From Bacteroidales bacterium (GTDB lineage: Bacteria > Bacteroidota > Bacteroidia > Bacteroidales > Paludibacteraceae), in assembly GCA_018066005.1 (NCBI GenBank), contig JAGHSG010000055.1, positions 1-41,435 of the forward strand: a DNA stretch of 41,435 nucleotides, read 5' to 3'. The notes below the pieces were generated by a model. It did not search any database. It was not told where the DNA came from and was given only the letters and a program-made list of their open reading frames with translations. Positions 25,068 to 35,846 of the stretch are shown here, in pieces. The number at the start of each line of letters is the position of its first letter. Position 1 is the first letter of the stretch. The translations under genes and the position numbers were made by a program.

Positions 25068-26749
25068 TATCGGAGCATGTATTTTTGACCCTTAATAATC
25101 ATCATACCATTGTAGTTAGGAGCCACGGGTTGTCCCAATACATTATATATGGTGTTATTGATATCAAAATGCGGGGTGGCAGTAACACCTTCCAAAGCCA
25201 TCGGTTCGGTAGCATTAGGATCTGCTGCACCTACGCAAGTAGCACTCGGAACACGGGTCATACCGCGTTGGTCAAGTGAAGCATCCACTTTTGTCCAATT
25301 GGGGAACCAAGCGTCAGCCAATTCCTGCAAGTGAGCCACGTTGTCACCGGATTGATAAGTCAAGGGGTAGAGGGTCTTGGAGCAACCGCCATTATCTTTG
25401 AAGTTATCAATGGTGCCGAAATGTTTCGAGAAAGGTTGTGCATACTCTGCAGAACCGCCATTATAGATAGAATGAAGGTCGGTGGGCTGCCATACATTTA
25501 CAGTATCCACATTGGCATCAGGATAATAGCAAATAGTACCTAATACATTATATCCACCGGATATAATGCACTCGCTCATCATCTTGTTGTTACCATCTTG
25601 GTAAATAGGAGAATATTGTTTTTTCGAATTATCCTTTACGTCTGTAACATAGGTGTTGGCAATCTTGATGATACCATCGCTCTCCATACGCAAAGAGGAA
25701 CCATAGCAGCAATTCTTAGGAGAACTGGCTTGATCGTGATCATCACGTATGCCTTCGTTATTGCCAATCGTAGAAGAGATAATAAAGAATCCAGCTACGT
25801 TACCGGAAATACCACCGCCATTAGAATAGTTCTTGTTGCTCAGAACGGATGAGTTAATCATATATAATGCTCCGGAAGAGATCTGCAAACCTCCGCCGTA
25901 AGTACCGGTAGCCAGAGATGGATCTTTAGCAGCAATACGAGCATCCAAACTCATACTGGGGTCATCCGCATTCAAGCCGAGAGCGCTACCATTATAGAAG
26001 CAGCAACGCTCAAGAACGGTAGAAGGAAGTTGGTAATTTTCTTTATCTCCACCAATAAAGTAACTACGGGCACGAAGTAAGCCTCCACGGGAAAGTGCTA
26101 TACCATCATGCACTTCACAATCCATCATGTGCAGTTTGGCACCTACATTAGTAACACATTGCGAACCTTTGTTGTTGGGAGTAACGTGCTCGTAGATATG
26201 GCAGTTTTTGATATATGTTGTTCCGCAAATCAAGCGAATAGCAGAGCACTCTTCCAAATAAGAATCAATATCAGCATCTGCACCTTGGGCATCGTTGTAG
26301 GTATATGCCATATCAATACCTTGAATCGTGCATACTTTAGCATCATCACCCGAGTAATCTACACGGAAAAGAGCCACAGCATCGCCCTTGGAAGCCTTAC
26401 CGTCCTGATTGATGTCACCGGAGAAAACAGTCGGTGTAGCGGATGGGTAAGTTGGCATAGCGGTTACCTTACCCGTTGCAGCAGGGTCAAAACCACCGAT
26501 AAAAGTCATGGATTTGGTAACACCCCAATAACTACCTGTAGAAGTCATAGTAACGGTACCACCCTTGATAAAGATGGTATCACCATCGGTCATTTTGCTT
26601 AAACTTCCACGAATAATTTCAGGAGCCAAAGCCTTTTCCCACGAATCTCCGCCTTTTTTGTTTTCAGAAGCGGGATCGCAATAATACGTGTTGGCAGATG
26701 CACTCATCGCTGCTAAAACAAGAGCAGCAAAAGAAATAATTTTTTTCAT
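25067..26749 (-). CDS. Secreted right-handed beta-helix (PbH1-repeat) protein with a short C-terminal beta-strand motif
   Basis: 560 aa with an SPI-type signal (AAMSASA-N). Repetitive G/N/I-rich turns (GGGLQISSGALYMINSSVLS...GGGISGNVAGFFIISSTIGNN) are present. It ends ...IYNVLGQPVAPNYNGMMIIKGQKYMLR. Confidence 0.7.
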   Translation of the reverse strand: MKKIISFAALVLAAMSASANTYYCDPASENKKGGDSWEKALAPEIIRGSLSKMTDGDTIFIKGGTVTMTSTGSYWGVTKSMTFIGGFDPAATGKVTAMPTYPSATPTVFSGDINQDGKASKGDAVALFRVDYSGDDAKVCTIQGIDMAYTYNDAQGADADIDSYLEECSAIRLICGTTYIKNCHIYEHVTPNNKGSQCVTNVGAKLHMMDCEVHDGIALSRGGLLRARSYFIGGDKENYQLPSTVLERCCFYNGSALGLNADDPSMSLDARIAAKDPSLATGTYGGGLQISSGALYMINSSVLSNKNYSNGGGISGNVAGFFIISSTIGNNEGIRDDHDQASSPKNCCYGSSLRMESDGIIKIANTYVTDVKDNSKKQYSPIYQDGNNKMMSECIISGGYNVLGTICYYPDANVDTVNVWQPTDLHSIYNGGSAEYAQPFSKHFGTIDNFKDNGGCSKTLYPLTYQSGDNVAHLQELADAWFPNWTKVDASLDQRGMTRVPSATCVGAADPNATEPMALEGVTATPHFDINNTIYNVLGQPVAPNYNGMMIIKGQKYMLR

Positions 26750-26775
26750 AAATAAAACATTTTAATTGATTATAA

Positions 26776-28608
26776 TTAGAAACTCAATCCGTCATCCCAA
26801 CCCGGGTTTTGCGTCAGTTTACCACCTGACAAAACACGTTCACGAATTGGAATAGGGAACAAATAGTCTTTTTCTTCATCAAACTTACGACCATTATTCA
26901 GATTACCCGGTTGACCGTTGGATAAGATATATCCTCCATTCATACCATTGCTGAGGATAGCTTCTTTTCCTTCACCGACCTCCAAATAAATGGCGCCATC
27001 AAACAAGCCGCCCGGGTGTGAACCACTAAACGCACATCCGTCTGTTTCGCTACTTACAGAGATATAACCGGAATAATCTGATTCGTTCTTGCTGACACCG
27101 GGGAAATAAACGCCTAACATCGGTTGCTCTAATGCCTTACCTTCTTTCCAACGCATCAAATCCCAATAGCGGAAGCCTTCCTGAACCAATTCAATATCGC
27201 GTTCACGACGTATTTCCAGAATAATACCTTCGTTGGCAGGATCTACGTTAGGATACAGCATTTTCATATAAGCACACGGGGTGTTCGTGGCTGCAGCCAC
27301 ATCCATAGCGGGCATACCTACACGTTTGCGCAATAAATCAATGGTTTTAGCGGCAACCGTTTTATCAAACTCACCTAATTCGGCTTTGGCTTCGGCATAG
27401 TTGAGCAGCACTTCCGCATAGCGGAACAGAGGCATATCACAATCCGATTGGTTGTACGCATCCGTATTCAATCCCATGACATACTTAATCAACTGATACC
27501 CCGTAGCCGAACCTGAGAATTGGTAACCGGCAACCACATCAGAGCCAATCCGCTTGTAAACGTCCGGGCGCAAAACAGTCTGCTCCATACGGGGGTCACG
27601 GAACTGCATTTCATCACCCATGTCCATCGTAGCATAGTTAGCATCATCCGTGAAACGCGTACCGTCAGCATTGAGATACTGGTTCATAAAACGTTTGGTA
27701 AAACCGGGCTTACCCGTTGTAGCCGACATGGTATAACTGGTAGCATTGTGGTTTAACTTGAGGTCCATATTATAGCAGCGAGCCAAAATATACTCACATG
27801 CCACAGGAGAACCATCCACCGTTCCTTGCGTGAACAAATCGCGATAAGGTTCACCGGATTTGGGGTCGTACAATTGGTATGCGTTTGATGCCATCAGCAT
27901 TTCTGCTGCCGAAGCAGCTTCCGTCAACATATACTGCCAATAGGGTTTACCGCTAACATCGGCTGCTGCAACATTGTGGTATTTACAGAACGTACCTTCA
28001 AACAAGCAAATACGCGATTTGAGCGCCATGGCAGCGTATGCATTGGCACGATAAACATTGCCCTTGTCCTTAGACATCAACTGGATGGCATCATTCAAAT
28101 CTTGCACGACGTTCTGCATCACAACGTTTCGTTTATCACGCTCGGCATACAATTTTTCATCAGCACTACCAATGACTTTATCCACCCAAGGCACATCTCC
28201 GTAATGGCGCACTTTGTCATAATAGAAATAGGCACGGAAGAAATATGCCAAGCCTTTGTATTGATTGGCTGCTTCAACATCGCTGCATTGATCAGCATGT
28301 TCCAACAGATAGTTGATATGACGGAGCATAGACCAGTTCCAGTCCGTACCATCAGCATCTGCGGGAATAGACCGTGTTCCGCGTACCTCATCCGGCAGTA
28401 CGGTAACGGCTATCTCATCACTTACCTCTCCGTACAAATCAGCAGCAGTGGGGAAAATGGTATAAAACTGGTTGGAATATTGTTCCAATTGAGAAGCATT
28501 CTTAAAATATATGGCAGAACTGATGGAATCGCGAGGATATTTATCCAAGTCCTTACAAGCAGTCATGAACGCCATCAAGGGTACTATGATATATATAATC
28601 TTTTTCAT
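26776..28608 (-). CDS. susD: SusD/RagB-family outer-membrane lipoprotein
   Basis: 610 aa with a lipobox (AFMTAC) and TPR-like helical content. It lies immediately downstream of the SusC-type gene. Confidence 0.92.
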   Translation of the reverse strand: MKKIIYIIVPLMAFMTACKDLDKYPRDSISSAIYFKNASQLEQYSNQFYTIFPTAADLYGEVSDEIAVTVLPDEVRGTRSIPADADGTDWNWSMLRHINYLLEHADQCSDVEAANQYKGLAYFFRAYFYYDKVRHYGDVPWVDKVIGSADEKLYAERDKRNVVMQNVVQDLNDAIQLMSKDKGNVYRANAYAAMALKSRICLFEGTFCKYHNVAAADVSGKPYWQYMLTEAASAAEMLMASNAYQLYDPKSGEPYRDLFTQGTVDGSPVACEYILARCYNMDLKLNHNATSYTMSATTGKPGFTKRFMNQYLNADGTRFTDDANYATMDMGDEMQFRDPRMEQTVLRPDVYKRIGSDVVAGYQFSGSATGYQLIKYVMGLNTDAYNQSDCDMPLFRYAEVLLNYAEAKAELGEFDKTVAAKTIDLLRKRVGMPAMDVAAATNTPCAYMKMLYPNVDPANEGIILEIRRERDIELVQEGFRYWDLMRWKEGKALEQPMLGVYFPGVSKNESDYSGYISVSSETDGCAFSGSHPGGLFDGAIYLEVGEGKEAILSNGMNGGYILSNGQPGNLNNGRKFDEEKDYLFPIPIRERVLSGGKLTQNPGWDDGLSF

Positions 28609-28626
28609 ATTCTGATCCTTTCTTTA

Positions 28627-31600
28627 TTAGAATGTAATATTAAGTCCGACAGAGAATGTTCTGGAGAAGTTATAAGCGACACCTGTATTGGGGCTTGCCG
28701 TATTGGAAGATGTAGCCTGCTCGGGGTCGATGTATTTCGTGTGTTTCTTCAATGGCGAGAAGTAGAACAGGTTCTCTCCGCTGAAGTAAATACGCATACT
28801 CTCCACGACTTTGTTGGCAGGGATGGGGAATGTATAACCTACTGTCAAGTTCTTCAAGCGGAAGTAGGCTACGTTTTGCAAGTAACGGTCATTAACAGAA
28901 CCCAAAGGTCCATTGGCAGCGTATGCTATATATCCACGAGGACGCGGGAAATAGGCATCCGTATTCGTTTCACTCCAAACATTATTCATAAAGTTGGAAG
29001 GAATGAATGAGCAGTACGGGCGAGCATAAGGTCCCCAGAAAGCAAGCGACTCATTACCCGGGTACCAATCCTGATGACCTATACCTTGGAAGAACATCGA
29101 GATGTCCACACCATACCAGTTAAAGCCAAACTTGAAGTTATAACTGAAACGAGGTAAGGCATTACCAATAACTTTCAAGTCACCATGATTATCCTTGGTA
29201 CCTGCTCCCATATTGACGGCACCGTCTCCGTTGACATCCACAAATTTCAAGTCACCGGCTTTCCATCCGGGTTCACCGGCGGAATTGATTAGACGGTCAT
29301 CCACCATCGAAGTATTGAGATTGGCAGTATAAGCAGCGGCTTCTTCATCCGATGCAAATAATCCGTCCACACTATAACCCCAAATCTCACCCAAGGTCTG
29401 TCCCTCGTAGTAGATATTCGTTCCGTCAGACAAGTTCGTATCCAAAATCTTGTCGGGGTTATTAAAGCGAGTTACTTTGGTTGTGTAGTCGCCTATACCG
29501 AAACTGACACTATATTCCAAAGGTTTGCCGCAAGCCATAACCCGGTCATTCCATCCGATAGCCAATTCCCAACCTATGGTGCGCATGTCGGATATATTGG
29601 ATTTAGGAACGCTGGCGCCATACAAAGCCGGTAGAGCCATACCGTCCACCAACATATTCTTGGTATCACGCACATAGAAATCACCGGTCAACGTGAGTCG
29701 ATTCTTAAAGAAACCGAGGTCCCAACCCACATCATAAGTTACGGTCGTTTCCCATGTCAAATCACTGGATTTAGGATCATCTTCGCGAGAATAGTAAGCG
29801 AACGAATTATTATCAAAGACATAACTGAGTCCCTGATTCAGATTCATCGTCTCTATATAGGTGTAATAATCGCTGATGGATTGGTTTCCAAGAGCACCGG
29901 CAGAGAAACGCAGTTTACTATTCGTCCAAACACCGGCTACGGGAGCCCACCAACTTTCCTCTGACATACGCCATCCTACACTTCCTGAAGGGAAGAAACC
30001 CCAACGGTTTTTAGGAGCAAAACGTGAAGAAGCGTCTCCACGAGCAGAGAACTCAAACAAATAACGGCCTTTGTAGTCATAGTTAATACGTCCAAAGAAG
30101 CCCAGCGTAGACCAATCGGCAATGGAACCATCGGAAACCGTCACCTCACCCGATGCCAAGTTAAAGGCATCCAGATCCTCGGTAGCGAGATCCAATTTAC
30201 GCATCTTCATGCTCTTGTTTTCCCATGTTTCGAACTGACCACCGACCATAACAGTGAGGTGGTGTGCATCTTTGAATGTATCTTCGTATGTAGCGTAGAT
30301 GTTCAAGTTGTGGTCATTGACGCGGTAATGCTGCTCCTGATAGTAATCTGCCTGACTACCGGTGGTGAGCCATTCCACAACGCCGGGCGATTGTGAATAG
30401 GGCACATTAACCTGACGGTTATTATACTCACGATAACGGAACGAATACGTATATTCGGCATCTATTTTGAGTTGCTTAATAGGCGCAATCTCCAACTTCT
30501 GTGTAGTACGGAACTCACGATCATAGTTGATGTTCCGGTGCTTGTTATAGTTGAGCGTAGCGGAGTGACCGTCCATAACCGTGGAAGATGTATTGGAGTT
30601 GGGGTTGATATAAGTAGAAGTACCATCCGGATTATACGCGGGCACATTCGGCAAAGCATGTACATACGATTTTTTTAATGTATTGGCCAAGTTGCTGGTT
30701 CCCGGATATTCACGTTTGGAATAATAGAAACTGGTGTTGTTGCTGAAACTCAACCATTTGGTAATCTTAGCATTCAGTTTGGTACGGAATGAAATATTGT
30801 CGTACGGATCGGGAGCAACAGACAAGACACCGTCTTGGTGATAGTAACGACCGGACACATAGAAATTGACCTTGTCATTTCCTCCGCGAACGGTCACGTT
30901 ATGCTCATGCTGGAAACGTGTTTTCTTATACAAATGATTATACCAATCATAGTTGGCATAGTATTTATACGTTCCATTGGGCTGTACAACAACCCATGGG
31001 CGTGCCGGATTCTCTGTTTTATCGTTGACACGCGCCAACAACTCTTCATAATCTTCCTCGGTATAGTTGGTGTAACCAACACCCTGATAAGAGGTCATGA
31101 ACATGTCATTTATCTTAGCGCCCCAATAACCGGTCGTGATATAGTCGGTAGAGGTAGTGTTTTGCGACCAACCTACACGTCCGTCATACGAAACGGTTAT
31201 CTTACCTTCCTTACCGTTTTTAGTGGTAATCAATACAACACCGGCAGAAGCGCGGGCACCATATACGGCAGCAGCGGAAGCATCTTTCAATATGGAAACG
31301 GATTCAATATCGTTAGCATTGAGTCGGGTAAGTGAACCCTCTACTCCGTCAATCAATACGAGAGGTGATGCACCGGAAGTCAACGAACTGGCACCACGGA
31401 TATTCATCTCATATCCGTCAGCAGGATCACCGCTGGCTTGAACGATGTTCAAACTGGGGTCGGCACCTTGCAGAGCCTGTACAGCACTTGGAACGGGACG
31501 TGCGTTGATGGTTTTTTCGTCCACGACAGAAACAGCACCGGTTAAGTTAACCTTTTTCTGCGTGCCATAACCGACCACGACAACCTCATCCAATAACTCG

Positions 31601-31887
31601 TTGTCCTCATGCATGACTACTTTCATATTGGCAGCTGCATGCATTTCAAGCGGTTGATAACCGAGGAAGGAAAACTGCAATACGGCTCCTTTTTCGGTCT
31701 CAATAGAGAACTTACCGTCAAAATCGGTAATTGTTCCGGCTGTTGTACCTTTGACTTGTACTGCAGCACCGATGACGGGTTCGTCATTGGCATCTGTAAC
31801 CACACCATCTGCGACAATGGGGGTAGCAGCCCAAGTTACTGTAGAGGACAGTAACAAGAAGAGAAAAAATAGTAATCGTTTTTTCAT
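28627..31887 (-). CDS. susC: SusC/RagA-family TonB-dependent transporter
   Basis: 1086 aa with a carboxypeptidase-regulatory-like N-domain (GVVTDANDEPVIGAAVQVKGTTAGTITDFDGKFSI), a plug (VVVGYGTQKK) and a barrel ending ...GLNITF. Confidence 0.95.
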   Translation of the reverse strand: MKKRLLFFLFLLLSSTVTWAATPIVADGVVTDANDEPVIGAAVQVKGTTAGTITDFDGKFSIETEKGAVLQFSFLGYQPLEMHAAANMKVVMHEDNELLDEVVVVGYGTQKKVNLTGAVSVVDEKTINARPVPSAVQALQGADPSLNIVQASGDPADGYEMNIRGASSLTSGASPLVLIDGVEGSLTRLNANDIESVSILKDASAAAVYGARASAGVVLITTKNGKEGKITVSYDGRVGWSQNTTSTDYITTGYWGAKINDMFMTSYQGVGYTNYTEEDYEELLARVNDKTENPARPWVVVQPNGTYKYYANYDWYNHLYKKTRFQHEHNVTVRGGNDKVNFYVSGRYYHQDGVLSVAPDPYDNISFRTKLNAKITKWLSFSNNTSFYYSKREYPGTSNLANTLKKSYVHALPNVPAYNPDGTSTYINPNSNTSSTVMDGHSATLNYNKHRNINYDREFRTTQKLEIAPIKQLKIDAEYTYSFRYREYNNRQVNVPYSQSPGVVEWLTTGSQADYYQEQHYRVNDHNLNIYATYEDTFKDAHHLTVMVGGQFETWENKSMKMRKLDLATEDLDAFNLASGEVTVSDGSIADWSTLGFFGRINYDYKGRYLFEFSARGDASSRFAPKNRWGFFPSGSVGWRMSEESWWAPVAGVWTNSKLRFSAGALGNQSISDYYTYIETMNLNQGLSYVFDNNSFAYYSREDDPKSSDLTWETTVTYDVGWDLGFFKNRLTLTGDFYVRDTKNMLVDGMALPALYGASVPKSNISDMRTIGWELAIGWNDRVMACGKPLEYSVSFGIGDYTTKVTRFNNPDKILDTNLSDGTNIYYEGQTLGEIWGYSVDGLFASDEEAAAYTANLNTSMVDDRLINSAGEPGWKAGDLKFVDVNGDGAVNMGAGTKDNHGDLKVIGNALPRFSYNFKFGFNWYGVDISMFFQGIGHQDWYPGNESLAFWGPYARPYCSFIPSNFMNNVWSETNTDAYFPRPRGYIAYAANGPLGSVNDRYLQNVAYFRLKNLTVGYTFPIPANKVVESMRIYFSGENLFYFSPLKKHTKYIDPEQATSSNTASPNTGVAYNFSRTFSVGLNITF

Positions 31888-31917
31888 TTTTGTGTTATTA
31901 TTTATTGTTAATTGGTA

Positions 31918-34900
31918 TTATCTGCCTAATACATCGTACCACTTGTGCTGGTGACGAATATACAAATTCCCGTTTATCAGCCATTTGGCATTGGGCGCAA
32001 CAAGAGCGGTATTCATCACTTGAGGTAATTCAGTAGGGGTTTGCAGTGCCTCCATAGTGCCGGGTACGGAATGTTTGGTATCACGTGTATTACCAGCCTG
32101 ATCCACGGTTAGTGTACCTGATGTAGAACCTACGTTAAGGATATCCGAGCCCACTGTGGCTGCTTCAAAATCGGAAGATTGAAGGATATTGATATCCTGA
32201 TCGGCATAGCGTGTAGAAATAGGAGAAAGGGCAATAACACCATCATAGTCGTACATGACGGGTTTATATATATTATTGTCCACATATCCGCCAAATAGAT
32301 TAACCAATTCAGAACAAGCCGTTGTGTAATCCGTTGCTTCCCAATCAAACAATCCGCTTTCAATATTCATATTATCTTCCGACGAGAACAGATTACTTAA
32401 TGAGTTCTTGAGCATATTGGGTGTAGCCATATATATATCGCCTATGCCGGATGTGGATGAATAGTTACCGGCAATGATATTATTTGCCAACAATAATTTA
32501 CCGGAGAGCACATACAATGCACTACCTTCAAAATCGTCAGCGGGTACGCCGGGTTCTTCCCAGCAAGCCGTCACATTACCGACGACGGTATTACTCATCA
32601 GTGTCAATGTACCGGTATTACTTATTTGGGCATAGATAGCAGAACCGCCAATACCCTGATTGATGAAACCGGACTCTATGTCAATGCTGTTTTTTGCAAA
32701 CGTATTATTGACGAAACGAATATCCTTGGCATTTGTAGGGCAGTTAATCGCCACAGTTCCCATATTTTCGGCCTTATTGTTTATAAAACTGTTTCCGTAG
32801 AAATATGCATCCGCTTCACTTGTCATTCCCAAAGCGGGGGCGTCATACGCCTCATTACCATCAAACAAGCTATTCGTAACGGTAACTGGGCAACGGGTAT
32901 TCCCTGTGGCATACAATACGCCCCAAGCGTTTATGGATTTATTGTAGCGAAAGACACAACTATCAACATTCAATGCACATAAATTGCTATTGATTAATCC
33001 GTTTCCCTCTGTGGTACAATTCTCTACGGTGCAACTGTTCAGTGTCAGCCAATTGCCTTTTCCTTGCACGACGGACCCTTGCATCTCAATGGTTCCGACA
33101 GCATCCCGTATGGTGATTCCGTTGATGGTAAGCGATACAAAGTCTGCCAATTGGATTAATTGACATTTTCCGGTTAAGACAGCTTTTTCGGAGCCTTCCA
33201 TAACGCACGTGTTGGCTATGGCAAGGGATGTTTCTGCCAAGTCATACTCGCCATCGGTCAAGACAATCGTATCGTTGGGTTGTACGGTGCGGGCTGCCTG
33301 ACGCAATTCCTCCACATTAGTAACTATGTGTTTGCGTTCCCGATTAGGAGACAACATAGTCATTTTACAAACCGTAGGCAGGTGGTCAGATGGCAGAAGA
33401 GAACGACCAATAGTGGAAGCTGAGACATAGTAGTCTTCAATCTCTATGCCATGAACATAAACAAAGTCAATGAGTTTGCTGGCACCAATCGGGTTCATGC
33501 CGGAAGAGAACGTATTGTACGAACCGCGTGGCTCTACCTTACATATCTGACGCGCGTTGGCGAAATAGGTTCCAAAATTGGCATGTGGGTCATGATCAAT
33601 AGGTTCGCAGTTCATATCCCCAGCCACGATACAGGGATAATCACCTGCTATTTGGCTCAGTTGCTCTGCATTGACGCGAGCGCCCTCTCGGATAGAGACA
33701 GGGTTCAGATCAAGGTGTGTAGCACCAAATACGAATATCTCTCCACTCTGTCTATCTTTGAGTTTAGCCCACACGGTCATACGTATATACTCGGCATCCC
33801 AAGATGGTTTAGAGGGTTTCTTGGACGGGTCAGGAGCAAGCCAGAACGTACCCTTGTCCAAAACCTCATATTTAGCCGTACGGTACAGCAGTTCGGCACC
33901 GCCTGCCGTTCCACTGGAAAGGAGCGTATAGGTACCACTCAGTTGGCTCTCTATATAATTATGTTGTGTTGTTGACACTTCCTGAAGTGAAACGACATCA
34001 TAAGCCATGGTATCTTTAATCATTGTGAGGACAGCGTCGCGGCGTGCCGACCACGCTTTGTCACCAGTGTCAGAACTGGCACCTGATGTACGAATATTAA
34101 ACGTTCCTATACGGTGTGTGGTCTCTATAGCCGGTGCTACGGATAGGACATAAGACGTGGACAAACCACCCCAAGAAGCAGTGATGGTAGTCGTTCCTTC
34201 TTGGATAGTCGTTACTTGACCGTTCGCATCCACCGTAGCCACAGCCGGATTGGAAGACTTGTATTGGACGGGATTTTGGTCGTTGTGGTTATCAATGAGC
34301 GACTCATTGGTGTATTGTTGTCCGACGGTTAACTGAACTTCTTTCTCCGTATAGAGCAGATAGGGTGTGATCGTAATAGGTCCCACTAACATACGTCCAT
34401 ACGTATAGGTTGTAGGATTGTCCCTGGGATAAGACAGATTGGCAACCGTTATCTTAGCCTTTGTTTTCACGTTCAGTTCCTTAGAGGTGTAGATAGAAGT
34501 GACTCTGCTCAATTCTTTTTGAGCATCAAACTGAACAGAATCAACCGCCTTATCGTTTATTTTAACGGCTAACACGAGGTGGGCTTTGTCATCTCCTTTG
34601 TTCGGATCATATCCAAACTGGCAGTACGGAAACGAGATGGTTTTAACGCCACCTTCAAACTTTATTTCCAACCTGCCTTCTCCTTTATTTTCGTCTTGTC
34701 CTATTTCGACATAAGAATTATATTTCTTGGCTTCGCCTACCACACGGCATAACCACATAGCCTGGATTTTACGACCATCCACACTTATTGAATCATCCGT
34801 GCCCCGACGCGCATTACGATAAATCAAAGGCAATTGACTATCGAAACTACAAATGGACCGTGAATAGGACGATGTGGCAGTAGGTTGATTAATGTTCTTA

Positions 34901-34980
34901 TAATCTTCTGTCACGGTAGAAGCGGCATGAAGACTAACGATCATAGTCAAAGCGACTATACTCAATACCAATTTTTTCAT
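31918..34980 (-). CDS. Secreted multidomain protein: uncharacterised N-module, Big_2-like domain, EEP (endonuclease/exonuclease/phosphatase) domain and beta-helix
   Basis: 1020 aa. The EEP motifs FNIRT, SLQEV, GDMN and PSDHLP fall at about residues 290-541 (nt 33358-34113). PbH1-like repeats follow at nt ~32101-33327. Confidence 0.8.
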   Translation of the reverse strand: MKKLVLSIVALTMIVSLHAASTVTEDYKNINQPTATSSYSRSICSFDSQLPLIYRNARRGTDDSISVDGRKIQAMWLCRVVGEAKKYNSYVEIGQDENKGEGRLEIKFEGGVKTISFPYCQFGYDPNKGDDKAHLVLAVKINDKAVDSVQFDAQKELSRVTSIYTSKELNVKTKAKITVANLSYPRDNPTTYTYGRMLVGPITITPYLLYTEKEVQLTVGQQYTNESLIDNHNDQNPVQYKSSNPAVATVDANGQVTTIQEGTTTITASWGGLSTSYVLSVAPAIETTHRIGTFNIRTSGASSDTGDKAWSARRDAVLTMIKDTMAYDVVSLQEVSTTQHNYIESQLSGTYTLLSSGTAGGAELLYRTAKYEVLDKGTFWLAPDPSKKPSKPSWDAEYIRMTVWAKLKDRQSGEIFVFGATHLDLNPVSIREGARVNAEQLSQIAGDYPCIVAGDMNCEPIDHDPHANFGTYFANARQICKVEPRGSYNTFSSGMNPIGASKLIDFVYVHGIEIEDYYVSASTIGRSLLPSDHLPTVCKMTMLSPNRERKHIVTNVEELRQAARTVQPNDTIVLTDGEYDLAETSLAIANTCVMEGSEKAVLTGKCQLIQLADFVSLTINGITIRDAVGTIEMQGSVVQGKGNWLTLNSCTVENCTTEGNGLINSNLCALNVDSCVFRYNKSINAWGVLYATGNTRCPVTVTNSLFDGNEAYDAPALGMTSEADAYFYGNSFINNKAENMGTVAINCPTNAKDIRFVNNTFAKNSIDIESGFINQGIGGSAIYAQISNTGTLTLMSNTVVGNVTACWEEPGVPADDFEGSALYVLSGKLLLANNIIAGNYSSTSGIGDIYMATPNMLKNSLSNLFSSEDNMNIESGLFDWEATDYTTACSELVNLFGGYVDNNIYKPVMYDYDGVIALSPISTRYADQDINILQSSDFEAATVGSDILNVGSTSGTLTVDQAGNTRDTKHSVPGTMEALQTPTELPQVMNTALVAPNAKWLINGNLYIRHQHKWYDVLGR

Positions 34981-34998
34981 ATTCGTTTTGTTGTTAAC

Positions 34999-35820
34999 TT
35001 ATTTAACAGTAAAAAGAACTTGTATAGGACGGTGGTCGCTTAAGAAAGGCACGGATGTAGTGTCCTTGATAACTTCAAATTTTTCGGCTTTGGCATTGCG
35101 GTAAAAGATGAAGTCGATAATCTTGTCCTTATCAGGGTTGTGTCTAAAACCTGTGAAGGTTTTTTCCTGAGTTGTTTTCTTAGCCTCGGCCTGTGACCAG
35201 TGCATATAGTCGTACATCGGAATCAGGGCACTGTCCTCGGGCTCCACATTCATGTCTCCCATAACGAACAGAGCCATAGTGTCACCACTCAGGGCACGCA
35301 GGGTGTCTGCTATTTGGCGCAGAGATTCCTGACGGGCGATAGCTCCCTTATGATCCAAGTGCGTGTTGAACACAATCATTTCATGTCCTGTTTTTTTGCT
35401 ACGCAACAGGATATAGGTAGCTATGCGTTCGTATTTGGCATCCCATCCTTTGGACTGTACGTTAGGTGTTTCGCTGAGCCAGAAAGTTCGGCTTTGAACG
35501 AGGTCGTATTTATCGGTACGCCAATAGAGCGGGCAACTCTCGTCACTCCACACCCCGGGTGTGCGTCCTTGTACAACGTGTTGGTATTGCGGCAGATGTT
35601 CGGATATATAAGCATCCGATTCATCCACCACTTCCTGCATTCCGAACACATCGGGTTGCAGTCTATTTAACATATCCACGCACGCGTCGCGACGGAATTG
35701 CCACGAGTTGGTACCGTCATCTTTGTGCGCATCACGGATGTTAAACGACATGATGGTGGTCTTTTCAGAAGCGCACCCCATCAATAAAAGGGTCATTACG
35801 GCCAATAAACTTTTTTTCAT
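34999..35820 (-). CDS. EEP-family (endonuclease/exonuclease/phosphatase) lipoprotein
   Basis: 273 aa with a lipobox (LLMGCAS) and the motifs FNIRDA, GMQEV, GDMN and LSDHRP. Confidence 0.88.
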   Translation of the reverse strand: MKKSLLAVMTLLLMGCASEKTTIMSFNIRDAHKDDGTNSWQFRRDACVDMLNRLQPDVFGMQEVVDESDAYISEHLPQYQHVVQGRTPGVWSDESCPLYWRTDKYDLVQSRTFWLSETPNVQSKGWDAKYERIATYILLRSKKTGHEMIVFNTHLDHKGAIARQESLRQIADTLRALSGDTMALFVMGDMNVEPEDSALIPMYDYMHWSQAEAKKTTQEKTFTGFRHNPDKDKIIDFIFYRNAKAEKFEVIKDTTSVPFLSDHRPIQVLFTVK

Positions 35821-35846
35821 TATTCAATACTTTTTATAGAATTTGT